From: Nitrospiraceae bacterium
GTDB taxonomy: Bacteria > Nitrospirota > Thermodesulfovibrionia > Thermodesulfovibrionales > UBA1546
Direction: 5' to 3'
Assembly: GCA_021373015.1 (NCBI GenBank)
Contig: JAJFTJ010000005.1
Location: forward strand, 225,072-289,071
Length of the DNA stretch: 64,000 nt
Shown: in pieces, positions 19,812 through 30,242 of the stretch
Numbering within the stretch: position 1 is the first letter of the stretch
Layout: each line of letters begins with the position of its first letter
The notes under the pieces: model-generated
Database searches by the model: none
Seen by the model: only the letters and a program-made list of their open reading frames with translations
Told to the model about the DNA's origin: nothing
Translations under genes and position numbers: made by a program

Positions 19812-20108
19812 TTAAATTTTTATGGACAAATTTAGCAATGTCCTTACGAGGAACTTTTGAAGAAATATAATAACAAGAACCACGATCAAAGGTGAAATAT
19901 CGATTGGGCCAAGTATATTGCCCAAAAGCCTCCTTATAGGTCGAAGTACTGGTTCTGTTACGCCGTGTAAAAATCTCACTATCGGATTATACGGGTCAGG
20001 ATTCACCCAGCTGATAAGCGCAGCGATAATAACTATCCACATATAAATTGACAGGATTATATCAATAACCTCTGCCAGTGCCGCCAACAAATCTGACAAT
20101 ACAAACAT
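19812..20108 (-). CDS. YggT-family membrane protein
   Basis: 98 aa, two TM helices. Sits in the conserved yggS-proC-yggT-divIVA context. Confidence 0.8.
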   Translation of the reverse strand: MFVLSDLLAALAEVIDIILSIYMWIVIIAALISWVNPDPYNPIVRFLHGVTEPVLRPIRRLLGNILGPIDISPLIVVLVIIFLQKFLVRTLLNLSIKI

Positions 20109-20138
20109 TATTAACTCCTTTCCGTTGTTTCTTTCATA

Positions 20139-20924
20139 TTATGATCTGCCTAATTCTTCTGCTCTTTTTACTGCTGCATCCATCGCAGCCTTAACAATGT
20201 TGATTAAACCTTTTCCTTTAAATTCCTTAAGCCCTGCCTCTGTTGTACCGCCAGGCGATGTTACCATTCCCATTAATTTGATTGGTGACATTCCTGTTTT
20301 GAGCAGTTTTGCAGTTCCCGACAATGTCTGGACTGCAAGCTCAAGCGCAATTTCTCTTCCCAACCCTAATTTTATACTATTTTCTATCATTGCTTCCACA
20401 AATAACGCAAAAAAAGCCGGCCCGCTGCCTGAAAGCGCTGTGACAATGTTCAGATATTTTTCGTCAAGCACCATTACATTCCCTACTGACATAAAAATTT
20501 CCCTGACAGCTTCGATATCTTTATCGGATATTTCTGCTGAAAGAGACAATACAGACATGCCTTCCTGCACAAGAGAAGGGGTGTTTGGCATAACACGAAT
20601 GATTTTTTTTGTATTCAATCTTTCAGAAAGATACGAAATAGAGATGCCTGCTGCAATGGAGGCTACTGTTTTATTGTCATTTATAGCATCTTTTATCTCG
20701 TCAAGCACTGACGACATTATCTGTGGTTTGACAGCAAGTATTACAATATCCGAAGTTGAGGCCGCCTCAGTATTTTTTCCAGAGGTATTGATTTTATATG
20801 TATGCTTAAGATAATCTCTTCTGTCTTTATTTGGCTCAGATGCAATTATGTCTTTTCTGCCCTTGGAAGTCATTCCTTTGATAAGGGCTTCTGCCATGTT
20901 TCCGCCTCCGATAAACCCTATCAT
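20139..20924 (-). CDS. proC: Pyrroline-5-carboxylate reductase
   Basis: MIGFIGGGNMAEALIKG Rossmann start and SPGGTTEAGL motif. ATG 20924 (GGAGGG upstream) preferred over track start 20957. Confidence 0.93.
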   Translation of the reverse strand: MIGFIGGGNMAEALIKGMTSKGRKDIIASEPNKDRRDYLKHTYKINTSGKNTEAASTSDIVILAVKPQIMSSVLDEIKDAINDNKTVASIAAGISISYLSERLNTKKIIRVMPNTPSLVQEGMSVLSLSAEISDKDIEAVREIFMSVGNVMVLDEKYLNIVTALSGSGPAFFALFVEAMIENSIKLGLGREIALELAVQTLSGTAKLLKTGMSPIKLMGMVTSPGGTTEAGLKEFKGKGLINIVKAAMDAAVKRAEELGRS

Positions 20925-20940
20925 ATGCCCTCCGTGATAG

Positions 20941-21627
20941 TCATTTTCTTTCTCCAAATAATCCAGTGCCTATTCTAACCATTGTTGAGCCTTCTTGAAT
21001 CGCAGCTTCAAAATCATTTGTCATTCCCATTGAAAGCTCTTGCAGTTTAAAACCTTCTCCAACTGCAGTGTCTCTTATATTTTTTAACTCTCTGAAATAA
21101 GGTCTTGCCATATCCTGATTTTCGAAGTATGGAGATATGGTCATAAGCCCAAGTGTCTTCAGGTTTTTCATGTTAGAAATAAGGTCTAATAAGGTGAATA
21201 TATTTTCCTTTTTTATCCCATGTTTAGTAGTTTCTTCTGAAAGTTTTACTTGAAGTAAAACTTTCTGCACTTTTCCGTTTGTTTCAGCATATCTGTTTAA
21301 GACCTTTGCTAGTTCAAGTGAATCAACAGAATGTATTACGTCAAATAGTTCTACGGCAAGCTTTGCTTTGTTGCTCTGAAGATGGCCTATCAAATGCCAT
21401 TCAATTGACGGGTTTTTAATTTTTAAGATTTTATCTTTTGCCTCCTGAACGCGATTTTCGCCAAACACATGCAGTCCTGAATTTAAGGCATTTTGTATTT
21501 GTTCGATAGAAACAGTCTTTGTAACAGCGATCAATTTTATATCAGAAGTTTTTCTGCGTGCTTTAATTGCAGCACAATTAATTTCCTGATTAATTTTTTT
21601 TATTCTTTCAAAGAGCTTGGTATCCAT
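20941..21627 (-). CDS. YggS-family pyridoxal-phosphate homeostasis protein
   Basis: IKLIAVTKT (PLP Lys), HLIGHLQSNK and MGMTNDFEAAI. The internal ATG at 21627 gives the usual length of about 228 aa; the track start at 21750 would overlap rnc. Confidence 0.9.
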   Translation of the reverse strand: MDTKLFERIKKINQEINCAAIKARRKTSDIKLIAVTKTVSIEQIQNALNSGLHVFGENRVQEAKDKILKIKNPSIEWHLIGHLQSNKAKLAVELFDVIHSVDSLELAKVLNRYAETNGKVQKVLLQVKLSEETTKHGIKKENIFTLLDLISNMKNLKTLGLMTISPYFENQDMARPYFRELKNIRDTAVGEGFKLQELSMGMTNDFEAAIQEGSTMVRIGTGLFGERK

Positions 21628-21667
21628 TATATTGACTTTACTGTTCACAAGTGTATTATATTTTACA

Positions 21668-22366
21668 GTGTCAAAGCAAGATATTAAAGAATTTGAAGAG
21701 ATCCTAAAATACTCCTTTAAAGAAAAATCATTTCTTGAAGAAGCTCTCACCCATAGTTCCTATTTTCATGAAAATCCAGAGAATGCGGTTTCTTACAATG
21801 AGAGACTTGAATTTCTTGGCGACTCTGTTCTTGGCTTGGTTGTTGTTGAATATCTTTTTAGCCTTGAAAGTGCATGCTCGGAATCAATAATGTCAAAGAT
21901 AAAATCATATATTGTCAAAGAATCAATACTCTATGAAGTTGCAGTAGACATATCGCTTGGCAAATATTTAAAACTCGGCAAAGGCGAAAGAGAAACCGGC
22001 GGTGCACATAAAAAATCCATATTAGCTGATGGAATAGAAGCGGTTTTCGGCGCTGTATATCTTGATGGAGGATACGAGAGAGCGAAAGATGTAATCCTGA
22101 AACTTTTAAAGGGGAAAATTGCTCATGTCATTTCTAAAGAACATTTTCTGGATTTTAAAACAGAACTTCAGGAAAAGGTGCAGACAAGACATGCTCTTCT
22201 CCCAGAGTATAGAGTGGTTAAACAGGAAGGGAAGGAGCATCAGAAAATATTCACAGTTGAAGTTTTCATAAAAGGCAGGAAGTCAGGCACAGGCAAGGGA
22301 AAAAGCAAAAAAGAGGCAGAAACAATGGCTGCCAAAGAAGCCCTGGCAAGACTATTGAAACACTGA
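21668..22366 (+). CDS. rnc: Ribonuclease III
   Basis: ALTHSSY...NERLEFLGDSVL...LADGIEAVFGAVYLDGG plus a C-terminal dsRBD (GKSKKEAETMAAKEAL). Start uncertain: GTG 21668 proposed, track gives TTG 21617. Confidence 0.9.
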   Translation: MSKQDIKEFEEILKYSFKEKSFLEEALTHSSYFHENPENAVSYNERLEFLGDSVLGLVVVEYLFSLESACSESIMSKIKSYIVKESILYEVAVDISLGKYLKLGKGERETGGAHKKSILADGIEAVFGAVYLDGGYERAKDVILKLLKGKIAHVISKEHFLDFKTELQEKVQTRHALLPEYRVVKQEGKEHQKIFTVEVFIKGRKSGTGKGKSKKEAETMAAKEALARLLKH

Positions 22367-22474
22367 CAAATAACATTGAATGTTCTCAATCATTAATTTA
22401 CAAAAGATTAATGCATTTGTGATAATATTGATAAGTAACAAGTGCGCTATATAAATTTTTAAAGGAGTAAGAAT

Positions 22475-24085
22475 ATGAGAAAAATTGTTTTGCTTATAAT
22501 TTCTGTTGTTTTATTTCTATCAGTAGCTGCTGAAGCTGCTGAGATACGCGTAGCAGTTCTGCCATTCCGTAATCTTATGCAAAAAGAGGATCTGAATTGG
22601 CTCTCGGAAGGTATTGCGTCCACTATTACTGCAAAGCTTGGAAATGTAAAAGGTCTTTCGCTGGTTGAAAGGTCGCAGTTGCAGGTTGCCATTAAAGAAC
22701 TTGGCTTGCAGCATGCAGGTGTAGTTGATGACAATACTGCTGTTAAGGCTGGTAAGATTCTTGGCGTTCAGGTTGTGGTTATAGGCGAGTTTCAGGTCGT
22801 AGGTGATCAGGTAAGAATCTCGGCAAGGTTTGTTGAAGTTCAGACAGCCAAGGTTGCAAGCACATCGGTAGTTACCGGATCTTTCCAGAATATATTTACA
22901 CTTCAGGATGACGTATCCTTCTCTCTTGCAAAATCTTTGAATGTCGATGTTCCTGAGGATGTAAAAAAAGATACTGTCAAGGCCACAACCACAAAAAATC
23001 TTACAGCCTATGAATATTATTCCAAGGGCAATGACGCTCAATGGAATCAAAAAGATATCGAAAAAGCCATAGATTATTATCTTAAGGCTATTAATATTGA
23101 TCCAAACTATGAGAATGCCTTATTTGAATTAGGTTACATATATAACGACCTCGGCGAATACAAAAAAGCAATAGAATACTACACAAGATCTAATGCGCTG
23201 AATCCCAAGGCAAAAGATACAGCCAACAATATAGGCCTTGCTTATTCAAGATTAGGTGATTATCCAAATGCAGAGAAATGGTACAAAAAATCACTTGAGC
23301 TTGAGCCTAATTATGATCTTGCTCTTAATGGTTTGGGACTTGTCATGTATAAACAAAAGAAACTTACTGAATCTGAATATTGGTATAAAAAGACTATCCA
23401 GGCTAATCCTAAATACCATCTTGCATACTACAATCTAGGCATATTGTATGAGGATCAAAAAAATTACGATTTAAGCATTTCTTATTATAAAAAAGCTCTA
23501 GAGGTGCAGCCGACTTATACAAATGCGATGATCAATCTTGGATTGGTTTTAGAGACCACAAGAAAAGACTTTGCAGGCGCTGAGACATGGTATAAAAGAG
23601 CGCTTGAAGTAGAGCCAAATAACCAATATGCATTTTACAATCTAGGATTCCTCTACAACAATAAAGAAAATGGAAATTACAATATTGATACTGCAATATA
23701 CTATTATCAGCAGGCTATTGTAGCTAATCCAAAATACGACCTTGCATATTTTTATCTCGGCAAGCTCTACACTGAGAAAAAAGAATATCCAAAGGCAATA
23801 AATTCATACGAAAAAGCTATGCAGCTCTACGATAAAGACCCTGCATATTCTAATAACCTAGGATGGGTTTATGAATTACAAAAGAATTATGTGATGTCTG
23901 AAAGATTTTACAGAAAGGCTACGGAAGTTGATTCCAGTTATGGTCTGGCATGGGAAAATTTGGGCTATTCACTTTACTTCCAGAAAAAAGACGATGATGC
24001 TGTAGCGGCATGGAAAAAAGCCGCGTCACTTAACAGAGCAGGCGCAAAAGACGCTTTAAAAAAATATTACAATATTATTTATTAA
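22475..24085 (+). CDS. Exported protein: N-terminal CsgG/FlgO (TolB-N-like) domain plus about 10 TPR repeats
   Basis: Signal peptide. IRVAVLPFRNL...LVERSQLQVAIKELGL...AVKAGKILGVQVVVIGEF, then repeated AxxxYxKALELxPNY TPR units. Confidence 0.7.
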   Translation: MRKIVLLIISVVLFLSVAAEAAEIRVAVLPFRNLMQKEDLNWLSEGIASTITAKLGNVKGLSLVERSQLQVAIKELGLQHAGVVDDNTAVKAGKILGVQVVVIGEFQVVGDQVRISARFVEVQTAKVASTSVVTGSFQNIFTLQDDVSFSLAKSLNVDVPEDVKKDTVKATTTKNLTAYEYYSKGNDAQWNQKDIEKAIDYYLKAINIDPNYENALFELGYIYNDLGEYKKAIEYYTRSNALNPKAKDTANNIGLAYSRLGDYPNAEKWYKKSLELEPNYDLALNGLGLVMYKQKKLTESEYWYKKTIQANPKYHLAYYNLGILYEDQKNYDLSISYYKKALEVQPTYTNAMINLGLVLETTRKDFAGAETWYKRALEVEPNNQYAFYNLGFLYNNKENGNYNIDTAIYYYQQAIVANPKYDLAYFYLGKLYTEKKEYPKAINSYEKAMQLYDKDPAYSNNLGWVYELQKNYVMSERFYRKATEVDSSYGLAWENLGYSLYFQKKDDDAVAAWKKAASLNRAGAKDALKKYYNIIY

Positions 24086-24117
24086 TTAACGGATTATCTG
24101 CAACAAGTGAAATTTAA

Positions 24118-24151
24118 CGGGAATTCGAAGGCTATGCCGCTTGAATTCCCG
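24118..24151 (+). terminator. Candidate hairpin after the TPR gene
   Basis: CGGGAATTC (24118-24126), 16-nt loop, GAATTCCCG (24143-24151). No T-tract. Confidence 0.25.
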
Positions 24152-24183
24152 CAGCCTTATCTTAAAAATAATGAGAGGTTAGA

Positions 24184-25374
24184 ATGCTTTCTGATAGAGT
24201 GAAGAAGATAAAACCATCGCCAACGCTTGAAATCGATGCAAAGGCAAAGGCGATGAAAGCTGCCGGAGCTGATGTTGTAAATTTTGGAGTCGGCGAGCCG
24301 GATTTTGACACGCCTGAAAACATAAAAGAGGCTGGCATTAAGGCTGTAAAAGACGGTTTTACTAAATACACTCCTGTTGGCGGAATAGACCAGCTTAAAA
24401 ATGCGATAATCGAAAAGTTCAAAAAAGACAACAGCCTTGAATACTCACGTGAAGAGATAATTGTTTCCTGCGGAGCAAAACACAGTCTTTATAATATCGC
24501 ACAGGCGCTTTATGGTTCAGGAGACGAAGTTATAATCCCATCGCCATACTGGGTTTCTTATCCTGATCAGGTATTGCTGAATGATGCAATACCTGTATTT
24601 GCAAAAACGCACGAGAAAGACGCATTCATGCTGAAGCCTGAAACGCTTAATGCATGCATAACAAACAGAACAAAAGCGATAATACTTAACACTCCATCCA
24701 ATCCCACAGGATTGACCTATGACCAGAATACACTTGAACAAATTGCGAAGATTGCAATTAAAAATAATCTTTATATAATCTCTGACGAAATATACGAGAT
24801 GCTCACATATGACGGATTTAAACATACAAGTATCGCGTCTCTTAGCTCTGAGATAAAGGCAAGGACGCTGGTTGTTAACGGTTTTTCAAAAGCCTATGCA
24901 ATGACTGGCTGGAGATTGGGCTATACAGCAGGGCCAAAAGACATTATAAAAGCCATGACTAATATCCAGAGCCAGTCAACATCCAACCCAAATTCTATCG
25001 CTCAAAAAGCTGCGGTAGAGGCATTGACAGGGCCTCAGGATTCATTAAGCGCGATGCTTGCAGAGTTTGACAGACGAAGAAAATTTCTTTCATCGGAGCT
25101 TAATTCAATTCGAGGAATAACATGCCTTACTCCAAAGGGGGCATTTTATGCTTTTCCAAATACATCAGGTCTTTACGGAAAAAGAGCCGGCAGCATAAAG
25201 ATAAAATCTTCATCAGATCTTGCAGTTTATTTACTTGAAAAAGCCAATGTTGCACTTGTCCCTGGCAGTGCGTTCGGAGACGACAATCATATCAGGCTTT
25301 CATATGCAACTTCAATGGACAACATAAAAAAAGGCGTTGAGAGAATAAAAAAAGCAGTAGATGAACTGCAATAG
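24184..25374 (+). CDS. Aspartate/aromatic aminotransferase (class I)
   Basis: NFGVGEPDFDTP, NTPSNPTG and SKAYAMTGWRLGY (PLP Lys). Confidence 0.9.
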   Translation: MLSDRVKKIKPSPTLEIDAKAKAMKAAGADVVNFGVGEPDFDTPENIKEAGIKAVKDGFTKYTPVGGIDQLKNAIIEKFKKDNSLEYSREEIIVSCGAKHSLYNIAQALYGSGDEVIIPSPYWVSYPDQVLLNDAIPVFAKTHEKDAFMLKPETLNACITNRTKAIILNTPSNPTGLTYDQNTLEQIAKIAIKNNLYIISDEIYEMLTYDGFKHTSIASLSSEIKARTLVVNGFSKAYAMTGWRLGYTAGPKDIIKAMTNIQSQSTSNPNSIAQKAAVEALTGPQDSLSAMLAEFDRRRKFLSSELNSIRGITCLTPKGAFYAFPNTSGLYGKRAGSIKIKSSSDLAVYLLEKANVALVPGSAFGDDNHIRLSYATSMDNIKKGVERIKKAVDELQ

Positions 25375-25410
25375 TTTTTAAGATAAGGGTCAAATTAAGA
25401 AGGTTTAATA

Positions 25411-25863
25411 ATGCTTGTGCAGATGACAGTCGAAGGGTTATTGTTTGATCCAAGAAGCAATATGTATATTCTGCTTCTTAAGGACGCAAGCGGAGCATCA
25501 ACCTTGCCGATCTGGATAGGAAAACCAGAAGCAGATTCAATTGCGCTTGCTCTAGGCCGTGTTGTAACAACAAGACCTTTAACGCATGACCTTATTAAAA
25601 GCCTTATGCAGACAATGGGCATGAGAGTTACAAGGATTGTTGTTAGTGAAGTTCTCGATAATACTTACTATGCGTTAATCTATTTTCATGACGGAATAAC
25701 CGAAAATTTCCTGGACTCAAGACCAAGCGATGCAATAGCAATCGCTCTAAGGATGAATGCTCCAATTTATGTTGAAGAAAATATAATCGAGAACAAAAGC
25801 ACAGATGAACTCGAGGAGTGGCTTAAAAATCTCAAACCTGAAGACTTCGGCAATGTGATGTAG
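25411..25863 (+). CDS. Bifunctional nuclease (BFN/DUF151) domain protein
   Basis: LPIWIGKPEADSIALAL...RPLTHDL...DSRPSDAIAIALR. Confidence 0.8.
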   Translation: MLVQMTVEGLLFDPRSNMYILLLKDASGASTLPIWIGKPEADSIALALGRVVTTRPLTHDLIKSLMQTMGMRVTRIVVSEVLDNTYYALIYFHDGITENFLDSRPSDAIAIALRMNAPIYVEENIIENKSTDELEEWLKNLKPEDFGNVM

Positions 25864-25885
25864 CTTTGTCATCGACAAAGAGTAA

Positions 25886-26626
25886 ATGTTAAAAAGAACT
25901 GAAGGCATTGTACTTAAGACAACTCCTTTCGGAGAAGCAGACCTAATAGTTACATACCTTACCTATGATTTAGGCCTTGCAAAGGCTTTTGCTAAAAGCC
26001 CACGAAAGACAAAAAGCAGATTCGGCAGTAGTCTGGAACCATTTACATATTCCAGGATTTCATTCTGGGGAAAAGAAAATGCCAATCTGCCAAAGCTTAC
26101 GCAGTCAGATATAATACTTCCGTTCAAATCAATAAGAGAGAACCTGAGCTGCTTTCTGCAGATGTCAGAGGCAATAGAGCTTACCTTGAACTTTATGCCT
26201 GAACACGAACAAAATAAAGAAGTTTTTAAATTGCTGTTTAATCTGCTGAAAGCTGCTGACAATAACTCTGATATTATATTGAAAATTATTCTTTACAAAA
26301 TACAATTTCTGTATCTTACAGGCTATGCGCCCAGGCTTGATGGATGCGCTGTTTGCGGAAAATCAGGATTAAGCTTTTATCTTTCGCACGGGTCGATTAT
26401 ATGTGAAAAATGCGCTTCGGGATTGAATTCACCCATGAAGCTTTCTCCTGCAGCAATAAAGTTTTATGAAAGCCTGAGCAGATGGAATATCTCATTGGTA
26501 AGCAGACTTAAGCCGTCGCAAAGTCTTGTCACAGAACTATCCAATATGCTTAATGACCATATAAGGTATACGCTTTCTAAGCCGTTAAAATCCAGATCTT
26601 TTGAAAATATTATTTCTAATAATTGA
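25886..26626 (+). CDS. recO: DNA repair protein RecO
   Basis: EGIVLKTTPFGEADLIVTYLT OB-fold start and zinc motif CAVCGK...CEKC. Confidence 0.85.
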   Translation: MLKRTEGIVLKTTPFGEADLIVTYLTYDLGLAKAFAKSPRKTKSRFGSSLEPFTYSRISFWGKENANLPKLTQSDIILPFKSIRENLSCFLQMSEAIELTLNFMPEHEQNKEVFKLLFNLLKAADNNSDIILKIILYKIQFLYLTGYAPRLDGCAVCGKSGLSFYLSHGSIICEKCASGLNSPMKLSPAAIKFYESLSRWNISLVSRLKPSQSLVTELSNMLNDHIRYTLSKPLKSRSFENIISNN

Positions 26627-26666
26627 ACTTTTTATAAAAATAGTATTTCAATAAACCTTATGCTTA

Positions 26667-29495
26667 CTAAATACTGACAAGCAGAGGCTTATGCGTGAAT
26701 AAAATAAAACTCTCTGTCTTTAAATGAAAAATTTTACTTGCGGCTTCTTTGTATAGTTTCATCTGTGCTTTATATCTTTCGGCTAGTTCGTCTATCTTGC
26801 TGTCTTTGACAGGAAAGGTCTTGTAATCATAAATTCTGGCAACCCCATTATCAATAATCACCCTGTCAATTCTGCCTTTGAAAATTGTTTTCCCGCGCTC
26901 AAGCATAAAAGGAAGCTCGCAGAATGCTTCTTTTCTTGGTAGTATTATTTTTTCAAGATAACCATTTGATCTCAAGTTTTCTATATCTTTAACAATAATA
27001 TTGCTGAGCGTTTTTATTTCCTGAATCGACATAAATTCATTTCTTAGAAGGAATGTTGAGCGTTCTTCTAACTTGTCCAGAGTTAATATCCCTTTTGAAA
27101 TTTCTTCGAATATTTTGTGCAAAACTATGCCGAGCAAAACCCAGTCTTTTCCGTGTTTTGACCTTATGTCAATATCTTCTGTAACATCCTGCCATTTGCT
27201 TTCAGGTTCGTAAAATATAGCATCTGTAAATTTCTGTTCTTGTTCTAATTTTTTTTGGTAAATACTATGATCAGGAGAATGCTGTTTTTTAATTTTTAGT
27301 TCATTTACATCTGATTCAGTCAATATGTCAAAGAATTCAGTTTTTTTGTTTATCAGTTCATTTTTTGCTATGTCAAAGTTAGCCATCAAATATCCAAGCC
27401 TTCCTGATGCCTGTTTATCCTTATTGTGAACACCAACCATGCACAAAAGATCTCTTGCCCTTGTTACAGCAACATAGAATAAGCGCTTTTCCTCTTCAAG
27501 CTCTTTTTCTTTTCTGAGAACGAAGAGGGGGATTTTATTTCTTTTTGCAGAGTCTTCTTCATATGCCATTGAAAAACGTTCATTATCTTCATCTATAACT
27601 ATTGACCCGCTTCTTAAGAAACTAGGTTCATCCATCGAAGGCAGAAATACTATCGGGAACTGAAGGCCTTTTGCAGCATGAATAGTCATTATCTTTACAG
27701 CATTCATTCCTTCCGTATTAATATTTGCCTTCGGTTCATCACCGTCCCTTGCCCTGATAAGTTTTTCCCTGATATGAAGATTTGAATAACCAGCGGTTTC
27801 ATATGATTCTATTATTTTTATGAACTTTTTAATATTTGCTAGGCGTTGTTTTTCCCATAAAAATTGCCAAGCCCCTGTATCAGTCAGAGCGTCTTCAATA
27901 ATTATTGCAAGAGATAATGTCTTTGATTTCTCGATCAGGATACTGAGAATGCCCAAACATTTGCTTATTGCTTCATCGTCACTTTGTTCCTTAAGTTTCA
28001 AAAATAAAGGTTTATCTTCATTTGCAAAAGAGAGAAGGGTATTGTAATCAACGCCAAATAACGGACTTCTTAAAATACAAAAAAGGCTGTAGTCATCAAA
28101 TGGGTCGACAATAAATAATACAAGTTCTCGAAGCAAGGCAACTTCAGGCTCGTCATAAAAACCGATTCCCTTTACAACAATGAATGGAATGCTTTCTTTT
28201 CTCAGAGCATTCTCAAAAGCAGAAAGGTGTGTCCGTCTCTTTAAGAGAATTGCCATGTCAGCGTAGATACACGGCCTTTTCTTTTCTTGATCATATATTT
28301 CATAAGAACCTATTAAAGAATTAATTCTTTTTGCAATTGCGGACGCTTCTTTTGTTCGGTTCTTCTTTGTATTTTCTTCTGAGTTTAGAAGAATAAGTTC
28401 AACATGCCCATCGCCGCTTCTTGTGGCCTCAAATGGCAGATACCTGCATCGCCAGCTTTCGATTAAAGCAGTGGACATTATTTTTTGAAATAAATTATTC
28501 GTGAAATTTATTATAGGCGGGAGGCTTCTATAATTTTCTTTTATTTCCTGAAAAAAATAATCTTCTCCAAGCCATCCTGACAGCTTTTTTTTTGCTTCCT
28601 CAAACACTCCTGAATTTGCTCCTCTGAAGAGATATATAGACTGCTTATCATCCCCTACCAGAAAAATCGTAGGAATTTTTCCAGTATCTCTTTTCGAACC
28701 AATGCCTGAGCGCCATTCTTCAGTAAGCTTGTCGATTATCTTCCATTGCAGGAAATTTGTGTCCTGAAATTCGTCAACAAGTATGTGGTCGGTATGCTCG
28801 TCAAAGGCATAAAGAATATTCTGCCATTCGCTGTGTTTTAAAAGAGCATTATATGTAAGAAGCTCCAGATCATTAAAATCAAGCAGATGTTTTTTATTCT
28901 TTTTTTGCCTGTATCTTTCAAGACATTTCGAGAATAACTGCAGTATTCTGTATTCTCCAGTCTCCGGAGCCGGACAGTTTGTTTCAAGGAGCATCTCAGA
29001 TACAGGCCTTTTGTTATATAAGTCATGGAGCATGGAATAAACCTTGTCAAATCCTTTTATTCCTCTTTCTTTCATCATCTCAAAAAAAAGACCCTGTGTT
29101 TCCCTTTCTTCCATAAGACATTCATAAACAGTTTCAGTCCATAGAAGTGATGCAGTGAATTCATCTGTTATCTCGATAGACGGATCAAGGCCAAGTTCAA
29201 TAGAAAAACGTTTTAAAAGCTTTAGACAAAAGGCGTGTATTGTCGAGATACGAATCAAGGGCATTCTGTCTTTAATTTTTAAAAAAAGGTCAGTATTCTC
29301 TTTTTCAAGAATATTTAGGATTCTCTCTTTCATTTCTGCCGCAGCTTTATCTGTGAATGTGATGCAGAGAATTCTTTCTATCTCAGAACCGCTTTCCAGC
29401 AGACTGATATAGCGCCTTGCCAGTTTCTCTGTTTTGCCTGAGCCTGCTGGTGATGAGATGACAACGCTTTTGGATATGTCGAGATATTTTTTCAT
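26667..29495 (-). CDS. addA: AddA-type helicase-nuclease (UvrD-like helicase with C-terminal PD-(D/E)XK nuclease)
   Basis: SSPAGSGKTEKLARR (Walker A), VDEFQDTN, YVAVTRAR and C-terminal GRIDRVI...IYDYKT. Confidence 0.85.
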   Translation of the reverse strand: MKKYLDISKSVVISSPAGSGKTEKLARRYISLLESGSEIERILCITFTDKAAAEMKERILNILEKENTDLFLKIKDRMPLIRISTIHAFCLKLLKRFSIELGLDPSIEITDEFTASLLWTETVYECLMEERETQGLFFEMMKERGIKGFDKVYSMLHDLYNKRPVSEMLLETNCPAPETGEYRILQLFSKCLERYRQKKNKKHLLDFNDLELLTYNALLKHSEWQNILYAFDEHTDHILVDEFQDTNFLQWKIIDKLTEEWRSGIGSKRDTGKIPTIFLVGDDKQSIYLFRGANSGVFEEAKKKLSGWLGEDYFFQEIKENYRSLPPIINFTNNLFQKIMSTALIESWRCRYLPFEATRSGDGHVELILLNSEENTKKNRTKEASAIAKRINSLIGSYEIYDQEKKRPCIYADMAILLKRRTHLSAFENALRKESIPFIVVKGIGFYDEPEVALLRELVLFIVDPFDDYSLFCILRSPLFGVDYNTLLSFANEDKPLFLKLKEQSDDEAISKCLGILSILIEKSKTLSLAIIIEDALTDTGAWQFLWEKQRLANIKKFIKIIESYETAGYSNLHIREKLIRARDGDEPKANINTEGMNAVKIMTIHAAKGLQFPIVFLPSMDEPSFLRSGSIVIDEDNERFSMAYEEDSAKRNKIPLFVLRKEKELEEEKRLFYVAVTRARDLLCMVGVHNKDKQASGRLGYLMANFDIAKNELINKKTEFFDILTESDVNELKIKKQHSPDHSIYQKKLEQEQKFTDAIFYEPESKWQDVTEDIDIRSKHGKDWVLLGIVLHKIFEEISKGILTLDKLEERSTFLLRNEFMSIQEIKTLSNIIVKDIENLRSNGYLEKIILPRKEAFCELPFMLERGKTIFKGRIDRVIIDNGVARIYDYKTFPVKDSKIDELAERYKAQMKLYKEAASKIFHLKTESFILFTHKPLLVSI

Positions 29496-29517
29496 TTTTA
29501 TTCAAAATATCATAAAG

Positions 29518-29527
29518 GTATCCTTTT
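29518..29527. repeat. Left copy of 10-bp direct repeat GTATCCTTTT
   Basis: Read directly. An identical 10-mer lies at 35248-35257 at the other end of the block separating addA from addB. Confidence 0.5.
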
Positions 29528-29578
29528 AGCAATCTTATCCTTTTTCTTCTTTCCAAGTTTTTTGATATAATCGGGAAT

Positions 29579-30226
29579 ATGAAAAAACAGGGTGGCATCA
29601 AACAACCATATACATTCACTGGAAGAGAATATGATGCTGAGACTGGAATGTATTATTATCGTGCAAGGTATTATGATCCGAATAGCGGGAGATTTATCTC
29701 AAAGGATCCGATTGGTTTTAAAGGTGGGGATGTGAATTTATATAGATATGTCGGAAATAATCCCATAAATATTATTGATCCGTTTGGATTACACGAAGTG
29801 CATTTTATACCAATTTATCATACTCTTAAACCTACATACGATCATTTGGTAATAACCTATGACGACAAAGGTATCCCAGTAAATATAAGCTCTGGAAGCA
29901 TCAAGCCAGATCCAAAGCAAGATAATTGCAAAAAAGGATGTCCGACTATTGAAAGCAGATCATATGATTTTGTACGAGATGATTTTCCAAAAACACTGAA
30001 GCGTGCAGATCAAACAAGGTATCCGGCGTTGTTTATTGGTACAGTACCAACCACTGCGTCAAATCCAAACAATAATAATACGCGTAGTGCTAAAGGTGTT
30101 TGGATTCATAAGGGCTACAAAGATAGGACATGTGCAGAAGGGTGCTTAACGATCGACCCAACTGATTGGGAGAAATTTATGAAGAACTTCCCAAAGGGTT
30201 CGACCGGAAAAGTCATAGTTTGGTAA
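29579..30226 (+). CDS. Orphan Rhs-core C-terminal fragment fused to a variable toxin-like domain
   Basis: YTFTGREYDAETGMYYYRARYYDPNSGRFISKDPIGFKGGDVNLYRYVGNNPINIIDPFGL is the end of the RHS-repeat-associated core, about 70 aa only with no Rhs shell upstream. A 145-aa unrelated tail follows. Confidence 0.75.
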   Translation: MKKQGGIKQPYTFTGREYDAETGMYYYRARYYDPNSGRFISKDPIGFKGGDVNLYRYVGNNPINIIDPFGLHEVHFIPIYHTLKPTYDHLVITYDDKGIPVNISSGSIKPDPKQDNCKKGCPTIESRSYDFVRDDFPKTLKRADQTRYPALFIGTVPTTASNPNNNNTRSAKGVWIHKGYKDRTCAEGCLTIDPTDWEKFMKNFPKGSTGKVIVW

Positions 30227-30242
30227 TTAAAAAGGAGCTAAA

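Noticed and set aside
20125-20814. 229-aa plus-strand ORF in the track
   Set aside because: It lies entirely antisense to the well-supported proC gene. It is low-complexity Ser/Ile/Ala-rich, has no RBS and shows no recognisable motifs, so it is a typical shadow ORF.
21617-21667. N-terminal extension of rnc (TTG 21617), and the long yggS version starting at 21750
   Set aside because: The two long versions would overlap each other by more than 130 nt on opposite strands. The shorter versions give canonical protein lengths and N-termini.
22372-22384. Palindrome AACATT-G-AATGTT upstream of the 22475 TPR gene, sharing the 8-mer GAACATTC (reverse complement) with the trxA spacer dyad
   Set aside because: An 8-mer match in 64 kb of AT-rich DNA is expected by chance. 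The dyad architecture differs and there is no supporting promoter geometry.
22520-23050. 176-aa minus-strand ORF, plus similar long antisense ORFs at 11754-12191, 34526-34990, 40786-41250, 43924-44322 and 54568-55041
   Set aside because: Each is fully embedded antisense in a CDS with strong family motifs. None has a plausible start context. AT-rich genomes produce such frames by chance.
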